This document shows positions 10,793 through 20,243 of a DNA stretch of 64,000 bases, piece after piece. Below the pieces are notes generated by a model. It saw only the letters and a program-made list of their open reading frames with translations. It made no database searches and had not been told where the DNA came from. The DNA comes from an uncultured Bacilli bacterium. Lineage in GTDB: Bacteria; Bacillota_I; Bacilli_A; RF39; UBA660. The stretch's first letter is position 1; every line of letters begins with the position of its first letter. Location of the stretch: positions 79,242 through 143,241 of the forward strand of contig CAKOLN010000001.1 of NCBI GenBank assembly GCA_934096075.1, read 5' to 3'. Made by a program: the position numbers and the translations under genes.

Positions 10793-11341
10793 ATGGAATT
10801 AAGAAATGAAGATGCATTAATAGTAATATTTAGTGGTAAGGCTAGGAGTGGTAAAGATACCGCGATGAATATTATTAGAGAAAAATATGAGAAAGCTAAT
10901 AAAAAGGTTATTAATCTTCAATTTAGTAGTTATATTAAAGAGTATGCTAAAAGAATTAGTAATTGGGATGGAACGGATGAAACAAAACCAAGGGAGTTAC
11001 TTCAAGAATTGGGTACTGATATTATTAGAAATAAGATAGATAAATATTTTTTTATTAATAGAATAATAGATGATATTAAAGTATATAGTTATTTCTTTGA
11101 TATTATTATGATAAGTGATGCTAGATTTCCTGAAGAGATAGATGCAGTTAAAAAACAATTTAAAAATACTATAAGTATACATATTAATAGACCAAATAAT
11201 GATACTTTAACTGATAGACAAAAAGTACATATTACTGAAACGGCTTTAGATAATTATAGTAATTATGATTATATAGTTAATAATGATGGAACAATTGAAG
11301 ATTTGGAATGTAAGCTAGATAGTTTATATAAAAGTTTATAA
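10793..11341 (+). CDS. Deoxynucleoside monophosphate kinase, phage T4 gp1-like
   Basis: P-loop GKARSGKDT, RELLQELGTDIIRN, HITETALD and VNNDGTIEDLE match the T4-type dNMP kinase pattern (SGxKRSGKDT ... LMQALGTD ... HITE ... NDGSLEEL). Confidence 0.65.
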   Translation: MELRNEDALIVIFSGKARSGKDTAMNIIREKYEKANKKVINLQFSSYIKEYAKRISNWDGTDETKPRELLQELGTDIIRNKIDKYFFINRIIDDIKVYSYFFDIIMISDARFPEEIDAVKKQFKNTISIHINRPNNDTLTDRQKVHITETALDNYSNYDYIVNNDGTIEDLECKLDSLYKSL

Positions 11342-11355
11342 AGGAGAGATGAAAA

Positions 11356-13092
11356 ATGAATTTAAAAGATTTATATATTGATTTTTTTGTAAGTAAGGGA
11401 CATAAACAAATACCGAGTGCGCCAGTGGTGCCTGAAAATGATCCAAGTGTATTATTTAATACTGCAGGTATGCAACCATTAATTCCATATTTAATGGGAG
11501 AACCACATCCATATGGAACTAGGTTAGTTGATTATCAAAAGTGTGTTAGGACTAATGATTTGGATTCTATTGGAGATACAACACATCATACATTCTTTGA
11601 AATGCTTGGAAACTGGAGTTTAGGAGATTATTTTAAAGATGAAAGTATATCTTGGAGTTTTGAATTTTTAACGAAAGTTTTAAATATACCTGTTGAAAGA
11701 TTAGCAGTAACTGTATATGCTGGAGAAGGTAATATTCCTTTTGATGAAGTGAGTTATAATAAATGGCTAAGTTTAGGAATACCTAAAGAAAGAATTGCAA
11801 AAACAGTTTTAGATAATTTTTGGATTGCTGGTGCTTCTGGACCATGTGGACCTGATACTGAGATATTTTATTTTAGAAGTACTGATGATATTCCTGAAGT
11901 GTTTGATCCAGAAGATGATAGATGGGTTGAAATTTGGAACAATGTATTTATGGAATTTTATAAAGATCAAGAAGGTAATGTAACAGAATTACCTAAGAAG
12001 AATGTTGATACAGGTATGGGATTTGAGAGAACAACTGCTGTACTTGAAGGAGTTTTAGATAACTATGAATCTAGTGTATGGAAAGATGTTATTGAACTAA
12101 TAAGTGAAATATCAAATAAGCCTTATAAGGGTAATGAAGAAAGTATGAGAATTATTGCTGATCATATTCGTACTTCTGTATTTATTAGTGCTGATCCTGC
12201 AGGTATAAAACCAAGTAATACTGATCAGGGTTATATTTTAAGAAGATTAATTAGAAGAGCAATCAGACATGCTAAAAAATTAGAAATTGATATAAATAGT
12301 GATTGGGAGCAAAGAATAGCAAGACTTATAATATTAAAGTATAAAAAGTATTATAGTGAATTAGAACAAAATGAAAGTATTGTTTTAGAAGTATTAAAAA
12401 AAGAAAAAGAAAAATTTAATAAGACACTAGAAAAAGGATTAAGAGAATTTTCTAAAGTTAGTAATAAAGATATTGATGCTACAACTGCATTTCATCTTTA
12501 TGATACGTATGGATTTCCAATTGAACTTACTTTAGAACTTGCTGATGATGCTGGAATTAAAGTTGATGTTGAAGGATTTAAGGAAAAATTTAAAGCTCAT
12601 CAAGAATTATCTAGAACTGCAAGCGCAGGTAAATTTAAAGGTGGATTAGCTGGTAATAGTGAGATAGAAACTAAATATCATACTGCTACACATTTATTAA
12701 ATGCAGCACTTAAGTTAGTAGTTGGACCTGATGTTCATCAAAAAGGTAGTAATATAACTGATGAAAGAATGAGATTTGACTTTTCATGTGATCATAAATT
12801 AACTGATGAAGAAAAAACTAAAGTAGAAGATTTAGTTAATGAGTGGATTAAAGAAGGTATAGATGTTACAGTAGAAGAAATGTCTAAAGATGAAGCTATT
12901 AAAAGTGGTGCAGAGTGTATGTTTATAGAAAAATATCCTGATATAGTAACTGTTTATTCAATAGGTAATATTTCAAAAGAATTGTGTGGTGGACCACATG
13001 TTAAAAATACAAGTGAGTTAGGTCATTTTAAAATTAAAAAAGAAGAAGCATCAAGTGCTGGTGTAAGAAGAATAAAGGCTGTGTTAGAATAA
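11356..13092 (+). CDS. alaS: Alanine--tRNA ligase, compact form (no C-Ala domain)
   Basis: Class II AlaRS motifs FNTAGMQP, HHTFFEMLGNWSLGDYFK, GPCGPDTEIFY and VDTGMGFERT are present, as are editing-site HTATHLL and CGGPHV. The protein ends at GVRRIKAVLE and is only 578 aa against about 870 aa for typical bacterial AlaRS. Confidence 0.85.
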   Translation: MNLKDLYIDFFVSKGHKQIPSAPVVPENDPSVLFNTAGMQPLIPYLMGEPHPYGTRLVDYQKCVRTNDLDSIGDTTHHTFFEMLGNWSLGDYFKDESISWSFEFLTKVLNIPVERLAVTVYAGEGNIPFDEVSYNKWLSLGIPKERIAKTVLDNFWIAGASGPCGPDTEIFYFRSTDDIPEVFDPEDDRWVEIWNNVFMEFYKDQEGNVTELPKKNVDTGMGFERTTAVLEGVLDNYESSVWKDVIELISEISNKPYKGNEESMRIIADHIRTSVFISADPAGIKPSNTDQGYILRRLIRRAIRHAKKLEIDINSDWEQRIARLIILKYKKYYSELEQNESIVLEVLKKEKEKFNKTLEKGLREFSKVSNKDIDATTAFHLYDTYGFPIELTLELADDAGIKVDVEGFKEKFKAHQELSRTASAGKFKGGLAGNSEIETKYHTATHLLNAALKLVVGPDVHQKGSNITDERMRFDFSCDHKLTDEEKTKVEDLVNEWIKEGIDVTVEEMSKDEAIKSGAECMFIEKYPDIVTVYSIGNISKELCGGPHVKNTSELGHFKIKKEEASSAGVRRIKAVLE

Positions 13093-14114
13093 TGAGTATA
13101 TTTGATTTAACGTTAACTGAATTAGAAAATATTTTAGTTACAAATGGTTTTAAGAAATTTAATGCTACTCAGGTATTTGAAGGTATTTATAAAAAAAGAG
13201 TAAAATCATTTGATGAAATTACAAATATAAGTAAAGATTTAAAAGATTTTTTAAATAATAATTATTCATTGAAATATTTAAATATTGTTGATGAATTATC
13301 TAGTGATGATACAAATAAATATTTATTAGAAGTTAAGGATAGTTTTGTTGAATGTGTTTTAATGAAACATGATTATGGTAATAGTTTATGTATTAGTACT
13401 GAGATAGGTTGTAATATGGCTTGTGCATTTTGTGAAAGTGGTAAACTTAAGAAAATTCGTGGACTTTCTGTTAGTGAAATAGTGCTACAAGTTTTAACAA
13501 TTGAAGAGAAAGAAAATATAAGAATAAGCAATATTGTTTTTATGGGAATAGGTGAACCTTTTGATAATTATAATAATATAATAAAATCAATAAATATATT
13601 AACTTGTCCAAAGGGTATAGATTTAGGTAGTAGAAAAATTACTGTTAGTACATGTGGTTTGGTACCTAAAATTAAAGAGTTTGCTGATACTCCTGGACAA
13701 GTAAATTTAGCAATTAGTTTGCATGCATCTAATGATTCAACTAGAAATAAATTGATGCCTATAAATAAAGTTTATCCAATAAAAGAAGTTATTAATGCGA
13801 TTGATTATTATATTAATAAAACTAATAGAAAAGTTACTATTGAGTATATTTTATTAGATGGAATAAATGATAGTGTGGAAAACGCACTTGAGTTAGTTAA
13901 TTTGTTTAAAGGTAAATTAGTGTATATTAATTTAATTCCTTATAATAGTACTAGTAGTGGGTTTAAAAGAAGTGATAAAGAAACTATAAGTAAATTTTTT
14001 GATACATTAACTAAGAATGGTATTAATGTACAAATGAGAAGAGAAATGGGTAAAAATATAAAAGGTGCTTGTGGACAATTGAGAGCAAGTCATGAAAGTA
14101 ATATTATTTCCTAA
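13092..14114 (+). CDS. rlmN: 23S rRNA/tRNA m2A methyltransferase RlmN (radical SAM)
   Basis: CNMACAFCESG radical-SAM cysteine motif and C-terminal GACGQL. 340 aa. Confidence 0.85.
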   Translation: MSIFDLTLTELENILVTNGFKKFNATQVFEGIYKKRVKSFDEITNISKDLKDFLNNNYSLKYLNIVDELSSDDTNKYLLEVKDSFVECVLMKHDYGNSLCISTEIGCNMACAFCESGKLKKIRGLSVSEIVLQVLTIEEKENIRISNIVFMGIGEPFDNYNNIIKSINILTCPKGIDLGSRKITVSTCGLVPKIKEFADTPGQVNLAISLHASNDSTRNKLMPINKVYPIKEVINAIDYYINKTNRKVTIEYILLDGINDSVENALELVNLFKGKLVYINLIPYNSTSSGFKRSDKETISKFFDTLTKNGINVQMRREMGKNIKGACGQLRASHESNIIS

Positions 14115-14142
14115 TTAGAAAAATAAAGAAAGGAGTCATAAA

Positions 14143-14334
14143 ATGTTTAAAGAAATAAAAGGTATTGCGAGTAATCCAAAACAAATAAAAAATCAAATAG
14201 AACTAAGAAGAATTGCTGAAAATGCTAAAGTAGATAGATCAGAAACCTGTTTTAGAGGAAAAAGTAGGCAAACTAGAGATCAATACCTTGAAAGTGTAGA
14301 AAGAGCAAAAGTTTTATCTAAAAGATGGTATTAA
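14143..14334 (+). CDS. Small basic hypothetical protein
   Basis: 63-aa ORF with an AAAGGAG RBS. An intrinsic terminator follows at 14367-14390. Confidence 0.4.
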   Translation: MFKEIKGIASNPKQIKNQIELRRIAENAKVDRSETCFRGKSRQTRDQYLESVERAKVLSKRWY

Positions 14335-14366
14335 TATAATTTAACTCTATATAAAGTTAACAGTAA

Positions 14367-14390
14367 AAGATAACTAGTTGTTATCTTTTT
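14367..14390 (+). terminator. Rho-independent terminator
   Basis: AAGATAAC-loop-GTTATCTT followed by TTTT. Confidence 0.55.
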
Positions 14391-14442
14391 AAATTGGTAA
14401 AATAAAAATTAAATATGTACATATAATTAATTGGTGATATGT

Positions 14443-14679
14443 ATGTTAAATAATATAAGTACATACTTAAGAGATTTAGATTATAGGGTTACTTTGCTTA
14501 AAAATGGATTACATGTTTTAAATTATAAATCTATAATAGATATTACTTCTAATATTATAATGTTTAAAGTGAATGATAAGTTATTTAAAGTTAATGGTAA
14601 GAATATGATACTAAAAGAATTAGATAAAAAAGAATTTTTAATAACTGGTGTTATAGAAAGTGTGACAATAAATGGATAA
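14443..14679 (+). CDS. YabP/YqfC-like sporulation-family protein
   Basis: Small protein with a VNGKNMILKELDKKEFLITGVIESV pattern. It is followed by a YqfD-like membrane protein, then ybeY, cdd and era, matching the B. subtilis yqfC-yqfD...era context. Confidence 0.45.
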   Translation: MLNNISTYLRDLDYRVTLLKNGLHVLNYKSIIDITSNIIMFKVNDKLFKVNGKNMILKELDKKEFLITGVIESVTING

Positions 14680-15811
14680 ATCTCTTTTAGTAGTTAAAGT
14701 AACTATGGAATATAATGAACTTTTAAGAATATTATTAAGACTTGATATATCATATAAAGACTTAGTTATAAATGGGAATAATATAGTTTTTAAAATATCT
14801 AGTGAAGATTATGAAAAATTTAAATTATATTATAAAGATATTAAAATAGTAAGAAAATTAGGTATAAATGGTGTTAAATCTTTTATAAAAAAACATTATA
14901 TTTTACTTTGTTCATTTATATTTACTTATATTATTTTAATACTTTTGTCTAATGTTATATTTGATGTAGAAATAGTTAGTAATAATTATGAACTTAAGAG
15001 AGTAATTAATTTATATTTAGAAGAAAATAATATTAAGAAACATAAATTCGTTAAGAGTCATAAAGAAATAGAAAGTATAAAGAAAAAGATATTAGAAAAT
15101 AATAAAGATACTTTAGAGTGGATAGAGATAGAGAGAGTTGGTACTAAATATATAGTTAATCTAACAGAAAGAGTTATTAATGAAAATAAAACTGTTGAAG
15201 AAAAGAAAGATCTTGTAGCTAAGAAAGATGCTTTGATTAAATATTTAATTATTAAAAGTGGTACTGGTGTAAAAGAAGTAAATGAGTTAGTTAAAAAGGG
15301 AGATATTATTATAACTGGTAATATTATAAAAAATGAAGAAGTCATTGATAGAGTTAATGCAAATGGTAAAGTATATGGTGAAACTTGGTATACAGTTAAT
15401 ACTACAGTACCTTATAAACATGTTGATTATGAAAAAACTGGTAAGATAGTTAATCATGTGTATTTAAGTATATTTGGTCATAAGTTTACACTTTATGGAA
15501 AGTATGATACTAAAAATGAAATAGTAAGTTCTAAAGTATTAATTGATAAACCATATTTATTTTTTAAAGTTATTAAAGATAGAAAAGAAATATATAATTA
15601 TGTTACTCACACATTAACTGAAGAAGAGGCTTATAAAGAAGCAATAAAAAGAAGTGAAAGAGTTATAAAAGATAAATTAGCAAGTGATGAATACATAATG
15701 GATAAAAAAGTTTTGAAAAATAATAAGTATAGTAGTAAAATAGAAGTAGAGATATTTTATAAAGTTTATGAAAATATCGGTGAATACAAAGAACCAGAAA
15801 TTATAGAATAA
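14672..15811 (+). CDS. YqfD-like stage IV sporulation-family membrane protein
   Basis: 379 aa with a single TM (YILLCSFIFTYIILILLSNVIF). The position after the yabP-like gene is conserved. Confidence 0.45.
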   Translation: MDKSLLVVKVTMEYNELLRILLRLDISYKDLVINGNNIVFKISSEDYEKFKLYYKDIKIVRKLGINGVKSFIKKHYILLCSFIFTYIILILLSNVIFDVEIVSNNYELKRVINLYLEENNIKKHKFVKSHKEIESIKKKILENNKDTLEWIEIERVGTKYIVNLTERVINENKTVEEKKDLVAKKDALIKYLIIKSGTGVKEVNELVKKGDIIITGNIIKNEEVIDRVNANGKVYGETWYTVNTTVPYKHVDYEKTGKIVNHVYLSIFGHKFTLYGKYDTKNEIVSSKVLIDKPYLFFKVIKDRKEIYNYVTHTLTEEEAYKEAIKRSERVIKDKLASDEYIMDKKVLKNNKYSSKIEVEIFYKVYENIGEYKEPEIIE

Positions 15812-15826
15812 TAAGAGGAGTTATAT

Positions 15827-16435
15827 ATGGTAAAAGAGACATTTTTTGAATTACTTAGTACAACATGGCCTACGCTAGTTATATTTTTAGTAATAGTTAT
15901 TATTATGAGATATTTTTATATAAGGAATAATGGTAAAAAATTTATATTACATGAAGAGTTGCTTTTATTACTTTTTATTACTTATATTTTATTACTATTT
16001 GAATTAGTTACATCTAGAGATGTTTGGTTAAGTGGTACTAATTTAATACCTTTTAAAGAGATATTAAGGTATCCTGTAGGAAGTACTAATTTCTATAGAC
16101 AAGTAATTGGAAATATAGTGTTATTTATACCATTTGGTTTTTTTGCTAGTTATTATACTAAAACTAATAGATTAGGTACTATTGCTTTTATAACGTTCTT
16201 AGTTAGTTTAACTATTGAAGTTGTTCAAAAGTATATTGGAAGAAGTTTTGATGTTGATGATATAATACTTAATGTAGTGGGTGGAATATTAGGTTTCTTA
16301 ATATTTGTAGCATTAGATGCAATTAAAAGAAAATTACCTAAATTTTTGCAGAGAGATGGATTTTATAATTTCTTATCAATATTGTTAGTAATATTTGTGG
16401 CTTTGTATTTAACAGGAATAATTAAGTTGTGGTGA
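15827..16435 (+). CDS. VanZ-like family membrane protein
   Basis: Four TM segments. The IGRSFDVDDIILNVVGGILGF C-terminal pattern is typical of VanZ. Confidence 0.55.
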   Translation: MVKETFFELLSTTWPTLVIFLVIVIIMRYFYIRNNGKKFILHEELLLLLFITYILLLFELVTSRDVWLSGTNLIPFKEILRYPVGSTNFYRQVIGNIVLFIPFGFFASYYTKTNRLGTIAFITFLVSLTIEVVQKYIGRSFDVDDIILNVVGGILGFLIFVALDAIKRKLPKFLQRDGFYNFLSILLVIFVALYLTGIIKLW

Positions 16436-16440
16436 ATAGA

Positions 16441-16881
16441 ATGGAATATGAATTAAGTAATTTAACAGATGAAACAGTAGATACAACTAACATGGAAAGA
16501 GTAATTGATGAAGTAAGTAGAGAACTTAAAGTAAAGAATGGACTTGTTAGTTTTGTATTTGTTGATAATAAGAAAATTAGAGAAATCAATAAAGAATATC
16601 GTGGGATAGATAGAGAAACTGATGTAATTAGTTTTGCTTTTATGGATGAAGATATTAATCCTGATACAGATTATACTAATTATGGAGAAATATATATTAG
16701 TTTAGAGAAAACTTTAAGTCAAAGTTTAGAATATGGTCATTCATTTGATAGGGAATTATGTTTTTTAACAGTACATGGTTTATTACATTTACTTGGATAT
16801 GATCATATGACTAAGGAGGATGAGAAAGTTATGTTTTCTCTTCAAGACAAGATATTAAATAAATTAGGTATAGAAAGGTAA
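16441..16881 (+). CDS. ybeY: Endoribonuclease YbeY
   Basis: HGLLHLLGYDH metal-binding motif. ATG at 16441. The ORF track begins at an upstream GTG (16429). Confidence 0.85.
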   Translation: MEYELSNLTDETVDTTNMERVIDEVSRELKVKNGLVSFVFVDNKKIREINKEYRGIDRETDVISFAFMDEDINPDTDYTNYGEIYISLEKTLSQSLEYGHSFDRELCFLTVHGLLHLLGYDHMTKEDEKVMFSLQDKILNKLGIER

Positions 16882-16883
16882 TT

Positions 16884-17264
16884 ATGAAAGATAAATTAAG
16901 TGAATTATTGAAAAATAGTTATGCACCTTATTCAAATTATCATTTTGCTTGTATAGTTGAAACTAAAAAGGGTAATTTGTATGAGGGAGTAAATGTTGAA
17001 AATGCAAGTTTTGGTGCGACAGTGTGTGCTGAAAGAAATGCTATATTTAATGCAGTTAGTCACGGAGAAAAGGAATTTTCTGCATTATATTTGATGAGTG
17101 ATAAAGATAATATTTTATATCCATGTAATTTGTGTAAACAAGTTATGTTAGAGTTTTTTGATAAAGATGTAATATTTAATATTATGAATAAAAATGGAGA
17201 TTCTAAAGTTTTAACTTTTGATGAATTAATGAGAACAACATTTAGTAGGGATGATATGGAATGA
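16884..17264 (+). CDS. cdd: Cytidine deaminase
   Basis: CAERNA and PCNLCKQ zinc-binding motifs. 126 aa. Confidence 0.85.
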   Translation: MKDKLSELLKNSYAPYSNYHFACIVETKKGNLYEGVNVENASFGATVCAERNAIFNAVSHGEKEFSALYLMSDKDNILYPCNLCKQVMLEFFDKDVIFNIMNKNGDSKVLTFDELMRTTFSRDDME

Positions 17265-18142
17265 GAAGTGGATTTGTAAGTTTAATTGGTAGGCCTAATG
17301 TTGGAAAGAGTACATTACTTAATAGATTAGTTGGAGAAAAAATTGCTATTACAAGTGATAAACAAGGGACAACAAGAAATTTAATACAAGGAGTTTATAC
17401 TAAAGATGATACACAAATAGTATTTGTTGATACTCCAGGAATACATAAGCCTATTCATAAACTTGGTAATAAACTAAATTATCAGGCTTACTATAGTGCT
17501 AATGATGTCGATGTAATAGCGCTTGTAATGGATGCTAGTGAAAGTATAGGTAAAGGAGATATGTTTGTAATAGATAAACTTGTGAATGTTACTACTCCTG
17601 TAATACTTGTACTTAATAAGATAGATAAATTAAATAATGAAGAGATATTAAAGAAAATAGATGAAGTTAAGGATTTATATAGCTTTGCTGAAATAGTACC
17701 TGTAAGTGCTAGTCATAATGATAATGTAGAAAGACTAATAAGTGTTTTGAGTAAATATTTAAATGATACAGTAAAATATTTTCCTGATGAAGAGAAAACT
17801 AGTAGTCCGATGGAATTTAGATTAGCAGAAATTGTTAGAGAAAAGATATTAGAATTAACTAATGATGAAGTACCTCATTCAGTTCATACTTTAGTAAGTG
17901 ATATAACAGAAGATGATAAAACGATAAATGTTTATGTGGATATTATTGTTGATAGAGATGCATTAAAGAAAATTATTATTGGTAAAAAAGGATTAATGCT
18001 AAAAGAAATAGGTATGCGTGCTAGAACAGATATGGAAAAATTACTTGGTAAACAAGTATATTTAGAACTTTATGTTAAGACTTTAAAAAAGTGGAGAGAT
18101 AAAGAAAAATATCTAAATGAATTAGGTTTTAATGAATTGTAA
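17261..18142 (+). CDS. era: GTPase Era
   Basis: G1 GRPNVGKST, G3 DTPG, G4 NKID and a C-terminal KH domain. 293 aa. Confidence 0.9.
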   Translation: MRSGFVSLIGRPNVGKSTLLNRLVGEKIAITSDKQGTTRNLIQGVYTKDDTQIVFVDTPGIHKPIHKLGNKLNYQAYYSANDVDVIALVMDASESIGKGDMFVIDKLVNVTTPVILVLNKIDKLNNEEILKKIDEVKDLYSFAEIVPVSASHNDNVERLISVLSKYLNDTVKYFPDEEKTSSPMEFRLAEIVREKILELTNDEVPHSVHTLVSDITEDDKTINVYVDIIVDRDALKKIIIGKKGLMLKEIGMRARTDMEKLLGKQVYLELYVKTLKKWRDKEKYLNELGFNEL

Positions 18143-18194
18143 AAATTAATGAATAAAATTTTAAGTTTTGTCACAATATTAAGTAGGTGATAAA

Positions 18195-18275
18195 ATGACT
18201 AAAAAGGAATTATGGGAAAAATTTAAAGAAAGTGGAAAAATAGAAGATTATTTAGAATACAAGAAAGAGAAGTAA
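18195..18275 (+). CDS. YqzL-like micro-protein (26 aa), not in the ORF track
   Basis: MTKKELWEKFKESGKIEDYLEYKKEK. Its position between era and recO, the W-KxF-ETG-like core and the DYLEYK tail resemble the Bacillus YqzL family. An AGGTGA RBS is present and the stop abuts the recO start. Confidence 0.45.
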   Translation: MTKKELWEKFKESGKIEDYLEYKKEK

Positions 18276-18276
18276 T

Positions 18277-19005
18277 ATGGAAATAATTAGCATAGAAGGA
18301 ATTGTCATAAGTTCTTTAAAGTATGGAGAAAATAGTAAAATACTTAATATACTTACTAAAGATAAAGGTATAATAGGCGTTATTAGTAAAGGTGCTTTAA
18401 AGGAAAAGAGTAAACTTAGAAGCGTTAGTGATAATTTCACTTATGCTATTTTTCATTTGTATTATAAAGAGAATAAAATGAGTACACTTATTAGTGCTGA
18501 TGTTATTAATTATTTTCTTAATATAAGAACTGATATAGAAAAGCTTGGTGTACTTAATTATTTAACTGAATTAACTAGAGATGTTTATAAAAGTTCTAGT
18601 AGCAGTGATATTTATGATATTTTTATATCGGCTATTTTGAAAATAGAAGAAGGATTTGATCCTAAGATAATATCTAATATAGTGGAAATAAAATATTTGG
18701 ATTTTTTAGGTATAGGTTTATATTTAGATGGGTGTGTAGAATGTGGTAGTACTAGTGTTGTGAGTTTAAGTCATGCTAAGGGAGGTTATATTTGTTATAA
18801 ACATCGTAAAGATGAACCATTATATGATGCAAGTTTTTTAAAGTTAATAAAAGCATATTATTATATAGATATTAGTAAAATAAGTGAATTAAATTTAAAA
18901 GCAAAGACTGTAAATGAAATAGATAAATTTTTAGATATATATTATAGAGATTATACTGGTCTTTATTTAAAAAGTAAAAATTTTTTTAAGAATATTAAAA
19001 AATAA
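18277..19005 (+). CDS. recO: DNA repair protein RecO
   Basis: OB-fold N-terminus and CVECGS zinc-finger-like motif. The era-recO synteny is conserved. Confidence 0.8.
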   Translation: MEIISIEGIVISSLKYGENSKILNILTKDKGIIGVISKGALKEKSKLRSVSDNFTYAIFHLYYKENKMSTLISADVINYFLNIRTDIEKLGVLNYLTELTRDVYKSSSSSDIYDIFISAILKIEEGFDPKIISNIVEIKYLDFLGIGLYLDGCVECGSTSVVSLSHAKGGYICYKHRKDEPLYDASFLKLIKAYYYIDISKISELNLKAKTVNEIDKFLDIYYRDYTGLYLKSKNFFKNIKK

Positions 19006-19022
19006 CTACGAATTTTTCGTAG
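18996..19022. terminator. Bidirectional hairpin shared by convergent recO and the HTH regulator
   Basis: AACTACGAA-ttt-TTCGTAGTT palindrome overlapping both 3' ends. Confidence 0.45.
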
Positions 19023-19275
19023 TTACTTTTTCTTCTTTAACCAAATCATCCAAACTTACTTCAAGGACTGTGGCAATTTTATAAAGTGTAAAGACAGAAA
19101 AACCACTTTTACCAAAACTAGTTTCAATTCTTCTAACAAAGTCATAGGATAACTCTGCATAAAGGGCTAATTCTTCTTGAGTTAATCTTCTTTGTTTTCT
19201 ATATTTTCTTATATTTTTTGCGATAGTGCCTTTTAGGTTTGGATTGAAGTTATAAAACTTTTCATCTTTTTTCAT
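19006..19275 (-). CDS. XRE-family helix-turn-helix transcriptional regulator
   Basis: IRKYRKQRRLTQEELALYAELSYDFVRRIE is a classic Cro/C1-type HTH. Confidence 0.75.
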   Translation of the reverse strand: MKKDEKFYNFNPNLKGTIAKNIRKYRKQRRLTQEELALYAELSYDFVRRIETSFGKSGFSVFTLYKIATVLEVSLDDLVKEEKVTTKNS

Positions 19276-19514
19276 CTCTATCCCACCTAATGAAATCTTA
19301 ACATTAGTTTAGAAAAATCTTCGTGACCTGTATATACCGATTTTACCATTTTTTACCAAAAAATTAAGTATTTTACATATGATTGGTAGAAAATTAAGTA
19401 CAATTAATCAATATGTGATATAATTGTAAATAGAGAATATACAAAATGCAACTATTAAATGGTAGCAGTTAAGAATAAATATATTTAAAATATATATTGT
19501 ATAGGAGTATTTGT

Positions 19515-20192
19515 ATGAGAAGAAGAAAAAAGAGATTAAGAAAACAACCAGTTATATTTTTGTTTATTTTTGTTTTTATTATAATGTATTTTATGTCTAA
19601 AAAGAAAGTTTTACTGGATGTTGAACCGGTTAGTCAGTATCCTGGTTATCCGACTGGATGTGAAAGTGTTTCATTATATATGTTATTAAAATATTATAAT
19701 GTTGATGTAAGCATTGATAAAATAATAGAAGAGTTACCTAAAGGGCCACTACCTTATGGTGATGGAGATATTTTAGAAGGAGCAAATCCAGAAAAGGAAT
19801 TTGTTGGTAGTCCTTTAGATGAGAATTCATATGGAGTATTAAGTGAACCGATTAGAATAACAGCTAATAAATTTAAAGATGGTGCTAAAACTAAAACTGG
19901 TACTACAATAAAAGATATTAGAAAGATACTTAAATCCGGTAACCCAATGATTGCTTGGTTTACTACCAATTTGGAGGAAGGTATTGTATATAAAGAAAAG
20001 TGGTTGGATTATGAAACTGGAGAAATTATAAAATGGCCTAGTTATGAACACGCAATATTGATTACTGGAATAGATAACAAAAATGTATATTATAATAATC
20101 CTAATACAGGGAAAAAAGAAAAAATCAATATTAATATATTTAAAAAAATATTTGATATGATAGATGGAAGAATAGTTTATTATGAGTCTTGA
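19515..20192 (+). CDS. Peptidase C39-like (BtrH/YvpB-like) domain protein, membrane anchored
   Basis: N-terminal TM, then QYPGYPTGCESVSLYMLLKYY as a candidate catalytic Cys region, and a YEHAILITG His region. ATG at 19515 follows an AGGAG RBS. Confidence 0.45.
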   Translation: MRRRKKRLRKQPVIFLFIFVFIIMYFMSKKKVLLDVEPVSQYPGYPTGCESVSLYMLLKYYNVDVSIDKIIEELPKGPLPYGDGDILEGANPEKEFVGSPLDENSYGVLSEPIRITANKFKDGAKTKTGTTIKDIRKILKSGNPMIAWFTTNLEEGIVYKEKWLDYETGEIIKWPSYEHAILITGIDNKNVYYNNPNTGKKEKININIFKKIFDMIDGRIVYYES

Positions 20193-20243
20193 TATTAAAA
20201 ATAATTTATGATATTTTAAATATGAATGTAAAGGAGTGATTTT

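Noticed and set aside
14431-15811. Calling the organism a sporulator on the basis of yabP/yqfD-like genes
   Set aside because: The similarity is by short motifs and by context (upstream of ybeY-cdd-era) only. No other sporulation genes are in the window, so the assignment stays low-confidence and no lifestyle claim is made.
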